Part shown: positions 49,091-61,245 of the stretch, piece by piece
How the letters are laid out: each line of letters starts with the position of its first letter
How positions within the stretch are numbered: position 1 is the first letter of the stretch
Assembly: GCA_038087875.1 (NCBI GenBank)
Contig: CM075990.1
Span: 3,226,001 to 3,290,000, forward strand
Source of the DNA: Malacoraja senta
Lineage: Eukaryota
Length of the DNA: 64,000 bases
Reading direction: 5' to 3'
Translations under genes and position numbers: made by a program
Notes under the pieces: model-generated
Seen by the model: only the letters and a program-made list of their open reading frames with translations
Databases searched by the model: none
What the model was told of the DNA's origin: nothing

Positions 49091-49944
49091 TCTTTCCCTA
49101 GAGGTGTTGCCTGACCCACTGAGTTACTCCAGCATTTTGAGTCCATAGCCATTCACACTAGTTCTATGTTTGATAAATATCACTTTCTCATTCGATGTAG
49201 AAACTCCGTACAGACAGCACCCGTAGTCAGGATCGAACCTGGGGTCCCTGGCGCCGTGAGGCAGCAACTCTGCCGCTGCGCCACCGTGCCGCCCGGTGAT
49301 GAAGAGAGGGTCCAGACCGGCTGCACCCGTGACATCTTCTGTCAGGCGCGATGGGATGCGCCGGGGAGTTGCATTGGTGATATTAATGTGTGCGACGCGT
49401 GCCTGCCAATAATGGAGATGTAACTCAGCCCTGACAAACTTCTCGCCCTGAACCGCTTGTCCATGAAATTTAGCAATAGGACGTTAACAAGAGCAGCAAT
49501 GCTCCAGAGTGGCAGGGAGCATAAATCAATGACCTGGATGTGAAGCATTATCACAGGACACAAGCATGAGCAGACGGAATGAATGGGTTGCGGAGGAAGC
49601 AACTAACAGCAGATGCTGGTTTAAACCGAAGATAGACACAAAATGCTGGAGTAACTCGGCGGGTGAGAGAAGGAATGGGTGACGTTTCGGGACGAGACCC
49701 TTCTTCAGTCCCAAGAGGGGGTCTTGGCCCGAAAGGTCACCAATTCTTACTCACAAAAAGCTGGAGTAACTTAGCGGGACAGGCAGCATCTCTGGAGAAA
49801 AAGGAATAGGTGACGTTTTGGGTGGAGACCCTTCTCCAGACTCCTTCTGAAGTCTGAAGAAAGGGCTCGGTCCAAAACGTCACCTATTCCTCTTCGCCAG
49901 AGATGCTGCCTGTCCCGCTGAGTTACTCCAGCACTTTGTGTTCT

Positions 49945-50440
49945 TGAGTTTTGGGGCCCATATCTGAGGAAGCGTGTGGTGGTGTGGGAGAGGGTCCAGA
50001 GGAGGTTCACCAGAATGATCACTGGGATGAGTGGGTTAACGTATGAGGAGCGTTTGATGGCACTGGGCCTGTACTCGCTGGAGTTTAGAAGGATGAGGGA
50101 GGGATTTCATTGAAATTTACAGAATAATGAAACGCCTAGATTGAGTGGATGTGGAGAGGATGTTTCCACTAGTGGGAGAGTCTCGGACCGTAGGGTACGG
50201 CCCAGGAATAAAAGGACGTACCTTTGGAATGAATATGAGGAGGAATTTCTTAAGCCAGAGCGTGGTGAATCTGTGGAATTCCTTGCCACAGACGGTGGTG
50301 GAGGCTAAGTCATTGGGTATTTTTAATGAGGAGATTGATAGTTTCTTGATTAGTTCGAGTGTCAAAGGTTACGGGGAGAAGGCAGGAGAATGGGGTTGAG
50401 AGGGGAAAATGGAGCAGCCATCATCAAATGGCAGAGCAGA
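49945..50440 (+). mobile_element. CR1 3' fragment
   Basis: VDVERMFPLVGESRT...FLSQSVVNLWNSLP. Confidence 0.88.
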
Positions 50441-50858
50441 CTTTAGACTTTACGTTAGAGATACCGCACGGAAACAGGCCTTTTGGCGCACCGAGTTCAC
50501 GCCCACCAGCGATCATCCCGTACGCTAACACTATCCGACACACTAGGGACAATTTACAATTTTACTAAAGCCCTTTAACCGAGAAACCTGTATGTCTTTG
50601 TAGTGTGAGAGGAAGCCGGAGCACCCGGGTAAAGCCCACGCAGGTCATAGGGAGAACGTGCAAACTCCATACAGACAGCACCCGTAGTCAGGATCGAACC
50701 CAGGTCTCTGCCACTGTAAGGCAGCAACGTTACCGTTGCAGCACTGTGTCACCCCAAATGATGGGCCAAATGGCCCAATTCTGCTCCTATGCCTTATTGT
50801 GACCGGATGATGATAGATTTTAGCTGATGGAGGCAGAACTTGCCTGACGGTGAAGCCA

Positions 50859-50954
50859 AGGTAGACAAAAATGCTGGAGAAACTCAGCGGGTGAGGCAGG
50901 ATCTATGGAGCGAAGGAAATAGGCAACGTTTCAGGTTGAAACCCTTCTTCAGAC
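50859..50954 (-). mobile_element. Hammerhead-headed mini-element (96 bp)
   Basis: TSD TGAAGCCA 50851-50858 / 50955-50962. Confidence 0.85.
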
Positions 50955-51151
50955 TGAAGCCATGTTAAATCTTGCGTTCCCGCTTCCCACAATCGTTGGA
51001 TTGTATAAATTTACCTCATGCAGGCAGTGCTGGTGGAAGCCTGTTCATTCAGTTGATGCCCTCAGTCTTTGCCCAAATCTGTTAATTTTCCCTGGTGATG
51101 ATGGAATTTCCAAAACCACGTCACATATCAGGACACAGAACATCATGAGTG

Positions 51152-52127
51152 TCAGGGGAGGGGCAATCTTGGGGGAACGGCTGCTAACCAGCAGCTGTCT
51201 GTTCAATTCACTTTCTTTTTTAGTTTTTAGTGAGTTTTGTCCTATGTCTGTTGGGGAATTAGAATTTTTTTTGTGGGGGGGAAGGGGGAAACTATCTTCT
51301 AGGTCCCTACCTGGTCGGTGAGGCAGCTTTTTCTCCGGGCTGCACCGTCGACCCATCCTTGCGGCCTACCAGCGGGAGTGGAGCGGCGTTTTCCTGGCGG
51401 GGACTGCCCAGCACCTTTAGCTTCGGTGGCGGCACAGTGCTGGAGCGCTATCGCGGTGCGGAGCGGGCGATGCCTTGCCTGGGTCGCCGTGCTGGAGCTC
51501 CGGTATGCTGAGACCGCCGTGATCAACACCGTCGAGCTGCGGGACAACGGAGCGGTGCCGACTCTAACATCGGGAGCCTGGGAGCTCCAAATCGGCGCGG
51601 CCTTGTCGGCTTCAGGTGCCACGGACTCCGGTAGGGAATCGGCCGTTCCAGCCGTCCCAGCCGCTGCGAGGACTCTCCCGACGCCGGGGCAACGGCACCC
51701 AGCGAGAACGGCCAGGAACACCGGGCCTCCGTAGAGGCAACTGTGGAGGCCTCAATAGGCCTGACTTTGGGGAGAACTGGGGTTGGGGACTGGACATTGT
51801 GCCTTCCCCCACAGTGGTAACCATTGTGGGGGGATGATTTTGTGTGTTGTGTGTAGTGTCCATGTTAGTCTATGTCCAAGATGGCGGTCGGAAGAGAGAG
51901 TGTACGCTGGCGCGGTTTGGCTGCCGCTGCTCTCTCTTCACATTGTGTTTCTGAATTTTTTTTTTGTCTTTTTTGGATCGAACTTCTGTCTTTAATTTGT
52001 GTATTGGTGATGTCTTTATAACTTATTTTACTCTGATTATATGTTTCTTTGTTAAATTTTGTAAGGTGTCCTTGAGACTTTTGTATAGGCGCCCATAAAT
52101 AAAATCTATTATTATTATTATTATTAT
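51152..52127 (+). mobile_element. Near full-length (~1 kb) GC-rich non-autonomous retroelement with L2-like tail
   Basis: Homologous to 34868-35439 and 63209-64000; internal CAAGATGGCGG; tail AGGCGCCCATAAATAAAATCT(ATT)n. Confidence 0.75.
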
Positions 52128-52204
52128 CACTGATGGTCATTAGTCCATAAGACCATAAGATATGGAGTAGACTGATTGATCACTGGGATCTTCTGAGTGA
52201 GTTC

Positions 52205-52615
52205 ATAAGGCCATAAGGCCATGTGATAGGAATAGAATTAGGCCGCTCGGCCCATCAAGTCTACTCCGCCATTCAATCATGGCTGATCTATCTCTCCCTC
52301 TTAACCCCATTCTCATGCCTTCTCCCCATAGCCTCTGACACCTGTACTAATCAAGAATATCTCTATCGCTGCCTTAAAAATATCCACTGACTTGGCCTCC
52401 ACAGCCTTCTGTGGCAAAGAATTCTACATTCACCATACTCAGACAAGAAATTTCTCCTCATCTCCTTCCTAAAAGAACGTCCTTAAATTCTGAGGCTATG
52501 ACTTCTGGTCCTAGACTCTCCCACTAGTGGAAACATCCTCTCCACATCCACTCTATACAAGCCTTTCACTATTCTGTATGTTTCAATGAGGTCCCCCCTC
52601 ATTCTTCTGAACTCA
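52205..52615 (-). mobile_element. CR1 3' fragment
   Basis: Antisense 3' UTR and ORF2 end. Confidence 0.85.
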
Positions 52616-54129
52616 AGTTCAATGGTTCAAAGGCTCAATGGTTCTTTGGAATCACAGGTACAGAAGTACGGTGTCTGAAGAAGGGCCTCGACCTGAAACG
52701 TCACCCATTCCTTCTCTCCAGAGATGCTTCCCGTCCCGCTGAGTTACTCCAGCTTTTTGTGTCTATCTTCGGTGTAAACCAGCATCTTTCCGACAGTGAA
52801 ATTCTTTCCGCTGAAAGACTTGTGTAGAGTAGTGCAGGCTGGGCATATCTGGGATTGCAAAGGGACTTGAGAGTGCTGGTGCAGGATTCCCAAAAGGTTC
52901 ATTTGCAGGTTGAGTCAGTAGTAAAGAAGATAAATGAAATGACCGAAGAGGACTAGAAAATAAATTAAAGGAAGTAATTAATGCTGAGGCTTTATTTGGT
53001 GTTGGTCAGACCACATTTGCAATATTGTGAGCAGTTTTGAGCCCCGTATCTGAGGAAGGATGTGCTGGCGTTGTAGAGGGTTGAGCAGAGGCTTACAAGA
53101 ATGATCCTGGGGATGATGAGGTTAACGTATCAGGGGTGTTTAATGGTTCTGGGCCTGTACTCGCTGGAGGGCATGGAGGGACTTGCTGGAGGGAAGATCT
53201 CATTGAACCCTACCAAACAATGAAAGGCCTAATAAAATAAAGTATGGCCATTACTAAGCACAATCTCCGATTAGTACAAAGTGCGGAGAAATAGTCCACT
53301 GACACGGCGTGCAAGAGTCGCCAGGTTTTGCGCCATTTTCCGAAGTCCAGTTCGGCCCGCACGCCCGGTCTCCTTGAGCGGGTCCCGATCCAGGCGAGCC
53401 CCAGGCTGCTGCAGGGCCTCCAGCCGTCGCCTCTGTCTGGATCGTCCAGTGAACTGTTGTCCCTCTCCGCGCCCGGCCGCCTGCAGCCCATTGTGCCCCA
53501 GGGAGGGAGGGGAGCCTCCCGCAGCCCACCCTGAGGCCGCAGAAGGAAAATAAGACCCCGGTTCACTCTCCCACGAAGTTAAAGTTCACAAGCAACTTTA
53601 AAGAAGATAGACACTAAGAGCCGTAGTCACTCAGCGGGTCAGTCGGCATCTCTGGAGAAGAGGATTCGTAGACATTTCGGGTCGAGACCTTCCTTCAGAC
53701 TGAGAGTCACGGGAAAGGGAAACGAGAGATATAGATGGTGATGTAGAGAGATATAGAACAAACAAATGAAAGATATGCAAAAAAGTAACGATAATAAAGG
53801 AAACAGGCCATTGGTAGCTGTGGGCTAGGTGAGAACTAGTTACAGACAATGAAACTCACCAGGACAACATTGAGACTCGTGCAACGGCTAAGGTGGGGGT
53901 GGGACGGAGATAGAGGGGATGCAAGGGGATGCCTGAAATTAGAAAAATCAATATTTATACCGCTGGTGGGAATTTAGGGAGTTAGGCTGAGGATCTCCGC
54001 CCCCATCTCCGTGGAGAGGTTAGTCTTCTTGTGTATTGAATTAAATTCCATCTGTTACCCGGTGACTGACAATGAGCAGGGTCTCGCTGCCAGAGTCCAG
54101 GACAAACTAGACGCTCAATTTAATCACCA

Positions 54130-54490
54130 TTCGGTATGTCAGTTAATACTCTCTTGAACATCTACAGGTGAACAGTAGAGAGCATATTGACTGGTTGCAT
54201 CACTAGTTGCCTGGTTCGGCAACTCGAACTCCCAGGAACGAAGATGACGGTGAAAAGTGGTGAACACTACCCGGTCCATCCGGTACTGACCTCCCCACCA
54301 TCAAAGGGATCTACAGGAGTCGCTGCCTCAAAAAGGCAGCCAGCAGCATCAGAGACCCACACCACCCTGGCCACGCTCTCATCTCCCCCCTGCCATCGGG
54401 AAGAAGGTACAGGAGCCTGAAAACTGTAACGTCCAGGTTCACGAGCAGGTTCTTACCTACAACCATCAGGCTATTAAACACTTCAACCTC
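54130..54490 (+). mobile_element. Rex1/Babar LINE 3' fragment
   Basis: Homologous to 9655-10060 and 46580-46935. Confidence 0.85.
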
Positions 54491-55108
54491 CAAATAAGCC
54501 CCGAACTACATAGACCTAGGGCAGTGTTTTTAGCTTTTGCACTATTAATGTTTAATTTTTTATATACATATGAACCTTTTTTTGTTTAGACTTTAGACTT
54601 AAGAGATACAGCGTGGAAACAGACCCTTTGGCACATATAGTCCGCGCCAACTAGTGATCACCATGTACAGTGTCACACACACACTAGAGACAATTTATTT
54701 ACAACTTACCAAAGCCAATTAACCTACAAACCTGTACGTCTTTGGAGTGTGGGAGGAAACCGGAGAACCCATGCAGGTCATGGGGAGAAAATATAAACTC
54801 CGTACAGACAGCACCCGTAGCCAGGATCGAACCGGGGTCTCTGGCGCTATAAGGCAGTGACTCTACTGGTGTCCCACCCTGCCGCCTAATAGATGTTTAT
54901 TATGGTATCTAGAGAATAATATGTTCAGTCTGAAGAAGGGTCTCGACCCCAAACGTCACCTATTCCTTCGCTCCATAGAAGTTGCCTCACCCACTGAGTT
55001 TCTCCAGCATTTTTGTCTACCTTCGATTTTTCCAGCATCTGCACTTCCTTCTTAAACACTACCATGTTTACACATCTAGTTGGGCTGCTGCAAGTAAGAA
55101 TCTCTGCA

Positions 55109-55142
55109 GGTCTGAAGAAGGGTCTCGACCCGAAACGTCACC
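55109..55142 (+). ncRNA. Minimal type I hammerhead ribozyme motif (best-preserved copy)
   Basis: GGU-CUGAAGA-A-GGGUCUCGACCC-GAAAC-GUC-ACC: conserved core, helix II, palindromic ACGU helix III, GUC cleavage triplet, 3-bp helix I; activity untested. Confidence 0.7.
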
Positions 55143-56245
55143 CATTCCTTCCCTCCAGAGGTGCTGCCCGTCCCGCTGAGTTACTCCAGCTGTTTGCGTC
55201 TGTCTAAGAATTTAATTGTTCTGTTTTGTGAAATGTGATGATAATATACTTGACTCACTCCCTGTGACCCTTGGTTAGTTCTCTGGTTCCTGCTGGCCTT
55301 TCCCCGCTTTCACTACACTCAATCAGATCATTAATCCTGGACTGGATTCATTGGAATTGCCCTTCTAGCTATGTAAACGTAGTCTGGAGTTGTTTCCTCC
55401 CCAACTCTCAGGTACCCTTGGCTTAATTAATGGCTGTGCCTCACTCTTAATGCTGGACCGGGGTGTGAGGCTCATTATCAGGCATGATACCATCAGTACT
55501 TCATCTCCTGCACTAGTAATTCAGTTCCTTCATCCACTTCCCAATCAGGATCTCTCTCCCTGTTTCTCTGCCTTATCACAGATTGTCACTCAGATTAACT
55601 CCTTTGATTAGTGGAGCGCACCCTTCACCCCGCAGCCCCAGGCAGCCACTTCCGCTCAAGAGACCACAGGCCAAAACACACACACAGGCCAAAACCTTTT
55701 CATTCAACTGCACAGAGCTGCCGCTGGGAACTTTGGGCCTGCTCTAAAATAGAGTCAGCGTGAAAACTGGCCCGTCGGCCAACCTGCCCACGCCGACCGA
55801 CATGCCCCATCTACACTAGTCCCACCTGCCAGCGTTTGGCCCATCACCCTCCAAACCTGTCCTATCCAGGTACCTGCCTTAAATGTTGCGATAGGACCTG
55901 CCTCAATTACCTCCTCTGGCAGCTCGTTCCAGACACCTACCAATACTTTGTGTACAATTGTTGCCCCTCAGGTTCCTATTACATCTTCCCCCCCCCCCCC
56001 CCCCCACCTTAAAATCTTGTGCTTCCCTTTAATATTAATTTTAGATTTTGAGATACAGTGTGGAAACAGGCCCTTCAGCCCACTGAGACCGCACTGACCT
56101 GCGATTACCCGTACACTAGTTCTATCCTACACACTGGGGACAATTTACATAAGTCAATTAACCTACAAACCTGTACGTAACATCAGCAGGTCATAAGAGA
56201 TAGGAATAGAATTAGGCCATTTGGCCCATCAAGTCTACTCCGCCG

Positions 56246-56339
56246 GTACACAAAAATGCTGGAGAAACTCAGCGGGTGCAGCAGCATCTATGGAGCGAAG
56301 GAAATAGGCAACGTTTCGGGCCGAAACCCTTCTTCAGAC
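56246..56339 (-). mobile_element. Hammerhead-headed mini-element (94 bp), intact core
   Basis: TSD AAGTCTACTCCGCCG 56231-56245 / 56340-56354. Confidence 0.9.
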
Positions 56340-56437
56340 AAGTCTACTCCGCCGTTCAATCATGCCTGATCTATCTCTCCCTCCTAACCCCATTCTCCTG
56401 CCTTCTCCCCATAGCCTCTGATACCCGTACTAATCAA

Positions 56438-57405
56438 GAATAAGGAGTAAGCCATTTAGAACAGAGACGAGGAAACACTTTTTCTCACAGAGAGTTGTGA
56501 GTCTGTGGAATTCTCTGCCTCAGAGGGCGGTGGAGGCAGGTTCTCTGGATGCTTTCAAGAGAGAGCTAGATAGGGCTCTTAAACATAGCGGAATCAGGGG
56601 ATATGGGGAGAAGGCAGGAACGGGGTACTGATTGGAGTTGATCAGCCATGATCACGTTGAATGGCGGTGCTGGCTCGAAGGGCCAAATGGCCTACTCCTG
56701 CACATATTGTCTATTGTCTATTGTCAAGTATCTATCTATTTCTACCTTAAATATTGACTTGGCCTCCACAGTCTTCTGTGGCAAACATTTCCACAGATTC
56801 ACCACCATCCGATCAGTAAATAAATTCCTCATCGTCTACTTCCTTTCCTCCACATCCTTACGTCTTTGGGAGGTGGGTAGAAACCGGAGTACCCGGAGAA
56901 AACCCACGTGGTCACAGGGAGAAGGTGCAAACTCCATACAGACAGCATCCGTAGTCAGGATCGAACCGGGGTCTCGAGCAGGGGAGGGATCCTGAAATCA
57001 TTGCTGTGGGGAGGATGGAGGAGAACAATCGACCATAGACAATAAGTGCAGGAGTAGGCCATTCGGCCCTTCGATCATCCCCAATCAGTACCCCGTTCCT
57101 GCCTTTTCCCCATATCCCCTGACTCCACTATCTTTAAGAGCCCTATCTAGCTCTCTCTTGAAAGCATCCAGAGAACCTGCCTCCACCGCCCTCTGAGGCA
57201 GAGAATTCCACACTCACAACTCTCTGTGAGAAAAAGTGTTTCCTCGTCTCTGTTCTAAATGGCTTACTCCTTATTCTTAAACTGTGGCCCCTGGTTCTGG
57301 ACAACCCCAACATCGGGAACATGTTTCCTGCCTCTAGTGTGTCCAAACCCTTAACAATCTTATATGCTTCAATAAGATTCCCTCTCATCCTTCTAAACTC
57401 CAGAG
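56438..57405. mobile_element. Two young CR1 3' ends in inverted orientation (+ 56438-56725; - 57034-57405)
   Basis: Near-identical to each other and to 155-564. Confidence 0.88.
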
Positions 57406-57554
57406 TATATGGAAGTGTGGATGGAATCATAGTCATAGAGAGATACAGCACAGAAACAGGCCTTCAGCCCATCGAGTCCATACTGCCCATCACTGACGCA
57501 TTCACACTAATCCTCATGAATCCCATTTTTTATTCTCCCCAAATATTCATCAAT

Positions 57555-57865
57555 TGGGCGGTGCAGTGGCACAACCGGTAGTGCTGCCACCTCACAGGTT
57601 CGATCCTGACGTCAGGTGCTGCCTGTGTGGAGTTTGCAGGTTCTCCATGTGACTGCTTTTTTTCTCCGGGTGCTCCGGTTTCCTCCCACATCCCACAAGG
57701 CGTGCAGGTTTGTAGGTTAATCGGCCCTCTGTAAATTGCCCCCCCCCCCCCCCCACTAGTGTGTAGGGAGTGGATGAGAAAGTGGGATCACTTGGAACTA
57801 CTGTGAACGGATGATTGGTGGTCGGCGTGGACTCGGTGGTTCGAAGGGCCTATTTCCTTGCTGTA
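57555..57865 (+). mobile_element. V-SINE (older subfamily)
   Basis: Head, V-domain, tail. Confidence 0.8.
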
Positions 57866-58215
57866 TAAGGTCGTAGGTGATAGGAGCAGAATTAGGCCAT
57901 TCGGCCCATCAAGTCTACTCCGTCATTCAATCGTGGCTGATCTATCTCTCCCTCCTCACCCTATTCACCTGCCTTCACCCCATAATCCCTGACAATTAAT
58001 CAGTCAAGTCCCCATACCCCCCTCCCCAATTCTAACGCACACCAACACATGAGTGACAATTAACCAACAATGGTGTTCGCTGGTTGATATTGTGGTTTCT
58101 AGTTTATTGCCACTACAGACATACATTGATTTATTTATCACAGCAATGATGTGCAGCATTTTAATCTGCGTTTCACTTTGAGCTGGTGATAAATGTTCCT
58201 GCAAATCCTTTGAAA

Positions 58216-59132
58216 AGATAACCATATAACCATATAACCATATAACCATTACAGCACGGAAACAGGCCATCTCGGCCCTTCAAGTCCGTGCCGAACATTT
58301 TTTTTTGTTTTATTTTTTTTGTTTTAAATAAATACTTCCCCCTAGTCCCATCTACCTGCACTCAGACCATAACCCTCCATTCCTTTCCCGTCCATATACC
58401 CATCCAATCTATTTTTAAACCCAGGCAACATTCTAGTAAATCTCCTCTGTACTCTCTCTATTTTGTTGACATCCTTCCTATAATTAGGCGACCAAAATTG
58501 TACTCCATACTCAAGAATTGGCCTCACCAATGCCTTGTACAATTTTAACATTACATCCCAACTTCTATATTCAATGCTCTGATTTATAAAGGCCAGCACC
58601 CCAAAAGCTTTCTTTACCACCCTATCTACATGAGATTCCACCTTCAGGGAACTATGTACAGTTATTCCTAGATCCCTCTGTTCAACTGCATTCCTCAATT
58701 CTCTACCATTTACCATGTACGTCCTATTTTGATTTGTCCTGCCGAGATGTAGTACCTCACATTTATCAGCATTAAACTCCATCTGCCATCTTTCAGCCCA
58801 CTCTTCCAAATGGCCTAAATCTCTCTGTAGACTTCTACTTCATTATCCACCACACCACCTATCTTAGTATCATCTTAGTATCATCTGCATACTTACTAAT
58901 CCAATTTTCCACACCATCATCCAGATCATTGATGTACATGACAAACAACAGTGGACCCAACACAGACCCCTGAGGCACCCCACTAGTCACCGGCCTCCAA
59001 CCTGACAAACAGCCATCCACCATTACTCTCTGGCATCTCCCATTCAGCCACTGTTGAATCCATCTTGCTACTCCACCATTAATACCCAACAATTGAATCT
59101 TCTTAACCAACCTTCCATGAGGAACCTTGTCA
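58216..59132 (-). mobile_element. CR1 RT fragment with internal deletion
   Basis: [37 protein letters not shown] joined directly to KNRLDGYMD; (TATATGGT)n tail. Confidence 0.92.
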
Positions 59133-59946
59133 ATGATGGAATCTCCAAGAAAATAAAGGCTTGCTTTTATTTATGGGTGATCCCGATGCGCTGGTCAACA
59201 TCTTTTTAGTTTATGTAGGAGTTTAGTTTGGAGTTACAGTGTGGCAACAGGCCCTTCGGCCCAACGAGTCCACGCCGACCAGCAATCCCCCCGTACACTA
59301 GCACCATCCTACACACACTAGGGAACCGAAGATCTCGGAAAAAACCCACGCAGGTCACGGGGAGAACGTACAAACTCCGTACAGACAGCACCCGTGGTCA
59401 GGATCGAACCCGGGCCTCTGGCACAGTAAGGCAGCAACTCTACCGCTGCACCACCCCACCACTCTTTAAACATCTCCCTAAACAGATTATGTAGTCTTGA
59501 TCATTTGATCTTGATGGGAGCATGCTGTTTACAAAATGGCTGCCAGATTTCCTAGATGACAACAAGATCAGGATTTCAAATAGCTTCATGTACTGTAATC
59601 CTCAGGCTGTGTGTTGAGCCATGGCAGGGTAAACTTTGCCTTCTTTAAGGCGGCACAGGTTAAAGCTGCTGCCTCACAGCACCAGAGACCCAGGTTCAAT
59701 CCTGACCTTGGGTAATGTCTGCCTGGCGTTTGCACGTTCTCCTTGTGGGGTTCCTCCGGGTGCTCCGGTTTCCTCTCACTTCCCAAATACACGCGGGTTT
59801 GAAGCTGAATTGGCCCTCTGTAAATTCCCTTAGTATGGAAAGTGGGACAACATAGACTTGGTGTAAACATCGATGGTCAGCATGGACTCAGTGGGCCGAA
59901 GGGACAGGTTCCATACTGTATCCCAAATCTAAACCAAACTTCGTGG

Positions 59947-60038
59947 CTGAAGAAGGGTTTCGGCCCGAAACGTTGTCTATTTCCTTCGCTCCATAGATGC
60001 TGCCACACCCGCTGAGTTTCTCCAGTACTTTTGTCTAC
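59947..60038 (+). mobile_element. Hammerhead-headed mini-element (92 bp), intact core
   Basis: CTGAAGAAGGGTTTCGGCCCGAAACGTT...GTCTAC; CGTGG repeated on both sides. Confidence 0.85.
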
Positions 60039-60144
60039 CGTGGTGAAGGTAGCTATAGTTTGAAGTGTAGCTCCTACGGAAGGCAAAGGAACAATCTCCA
60101 AGCTGGAAAGCAGTAATATTCTGTGCACTGAACTGTACGTATTT

Positions 60145-60498
60145 TTGAAGATAGACTCGAAAAGCTGGAGTAACTCAGCGGGCCAGGCAGCATCTCTGGA
60201 GAGAAGGAATGGGTGACGTTTCGGGAAGTTTCAGCTCTTTGAAATCCTGATCTTGTTGTCATCTAGGAAATCCAGCAGCCATTTTGTGAACAGCATGCTC
60301 CCATCAAGGTCAAGTGATCAGGACTACATAATCTGTTTAGGGAGATATTTAAAAGGTGGTAGGGTGGCGCAGCGGTAGAGTAATTACTGCCTCACTGCGC
60401 CAGAGGCCCGGCTTCGATGCTGCCTGTCCCACTGAGTTACTCCAGCTTTTGTGTCTATCTTCGGTTTAAACCAGCATCTGCAGTTCCTTCAGACACAT
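60145..60498. mobile_element. Penelope-derived fold-back element carrying captured local DNA (60233-60418)
   Basis: Inverted arms 60147-60225 and 60416-60495; TSD TGTAC(G/C)TATTT 60134-60144 / 60499-60509. Confidence 0.8.
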
Positions 60499-60954
60499 TG
60501 TACCTATTTGTGAGTTTAATGCTAATGCCCAAATGGGACTTCTGAAGCAGTCTTCAAAGTAGGTCAAAATTCAATTTTATACACTTAAAATAAACATCGT
60601 AAAGAGACGTCACATTCCTGGTGGAACGTTCTTGGTTAAACACATCTGCTGACTCTTTGAAGTACACATTGTACAAAGGCAGAGCCATAGTCATGCTCAT
60701 AGAGTCGAACAGCACAGAAACAGGCCTTCAGTCCAACTTGCCCACACTGACCACATGCCCCATCTACACTAGCCCCACCTGCCTGTGTTTGGCCCATATC
60801 CCTGTAAACCTGTCCTATCCATGTACCTGTCTAAATGTTTTTTAAACATTGTGATAGTACCAGCCTCAACTTCCACCTCTGGCAGCCTGTTCCATACACC
60901 CACCATCCTCTGTGTGAAAAAGCTGCCCCTCAGGTTCCTATTAAATTCCTATTT

Positions 60955-61245
60955 AGCAGTGGTGCAGCGGTAGAGTTGCTGCCTTACAGCGCCAGAGACC
61001 CAGGTTCGATCCTGACTACGGGTGCTGTCTGTACAGAGTTTGTACGTTCTCCCCGTGACCTGCGTGGGTTTCCTCCCACACTCCAAAGATGTGCAGGTTT
61101 GTAGGTCAATTGCCTTGGTAAAATTGTAAATTATCCCTAGTGTGTGTAGGATAGTGTTAGTGTGTGTGGGGATCGCTGGTAGGCGCAGACTCGGGGGGCC
61201 TAAGGTCCTGTGTCTGCACTGGATGTGTAAACTAAACTAAACTAA
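60955..61245 (+). mobile_element. HE1-like V-SINE
   Basis: Head, V-domain, tail. Confidence 0.88.
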
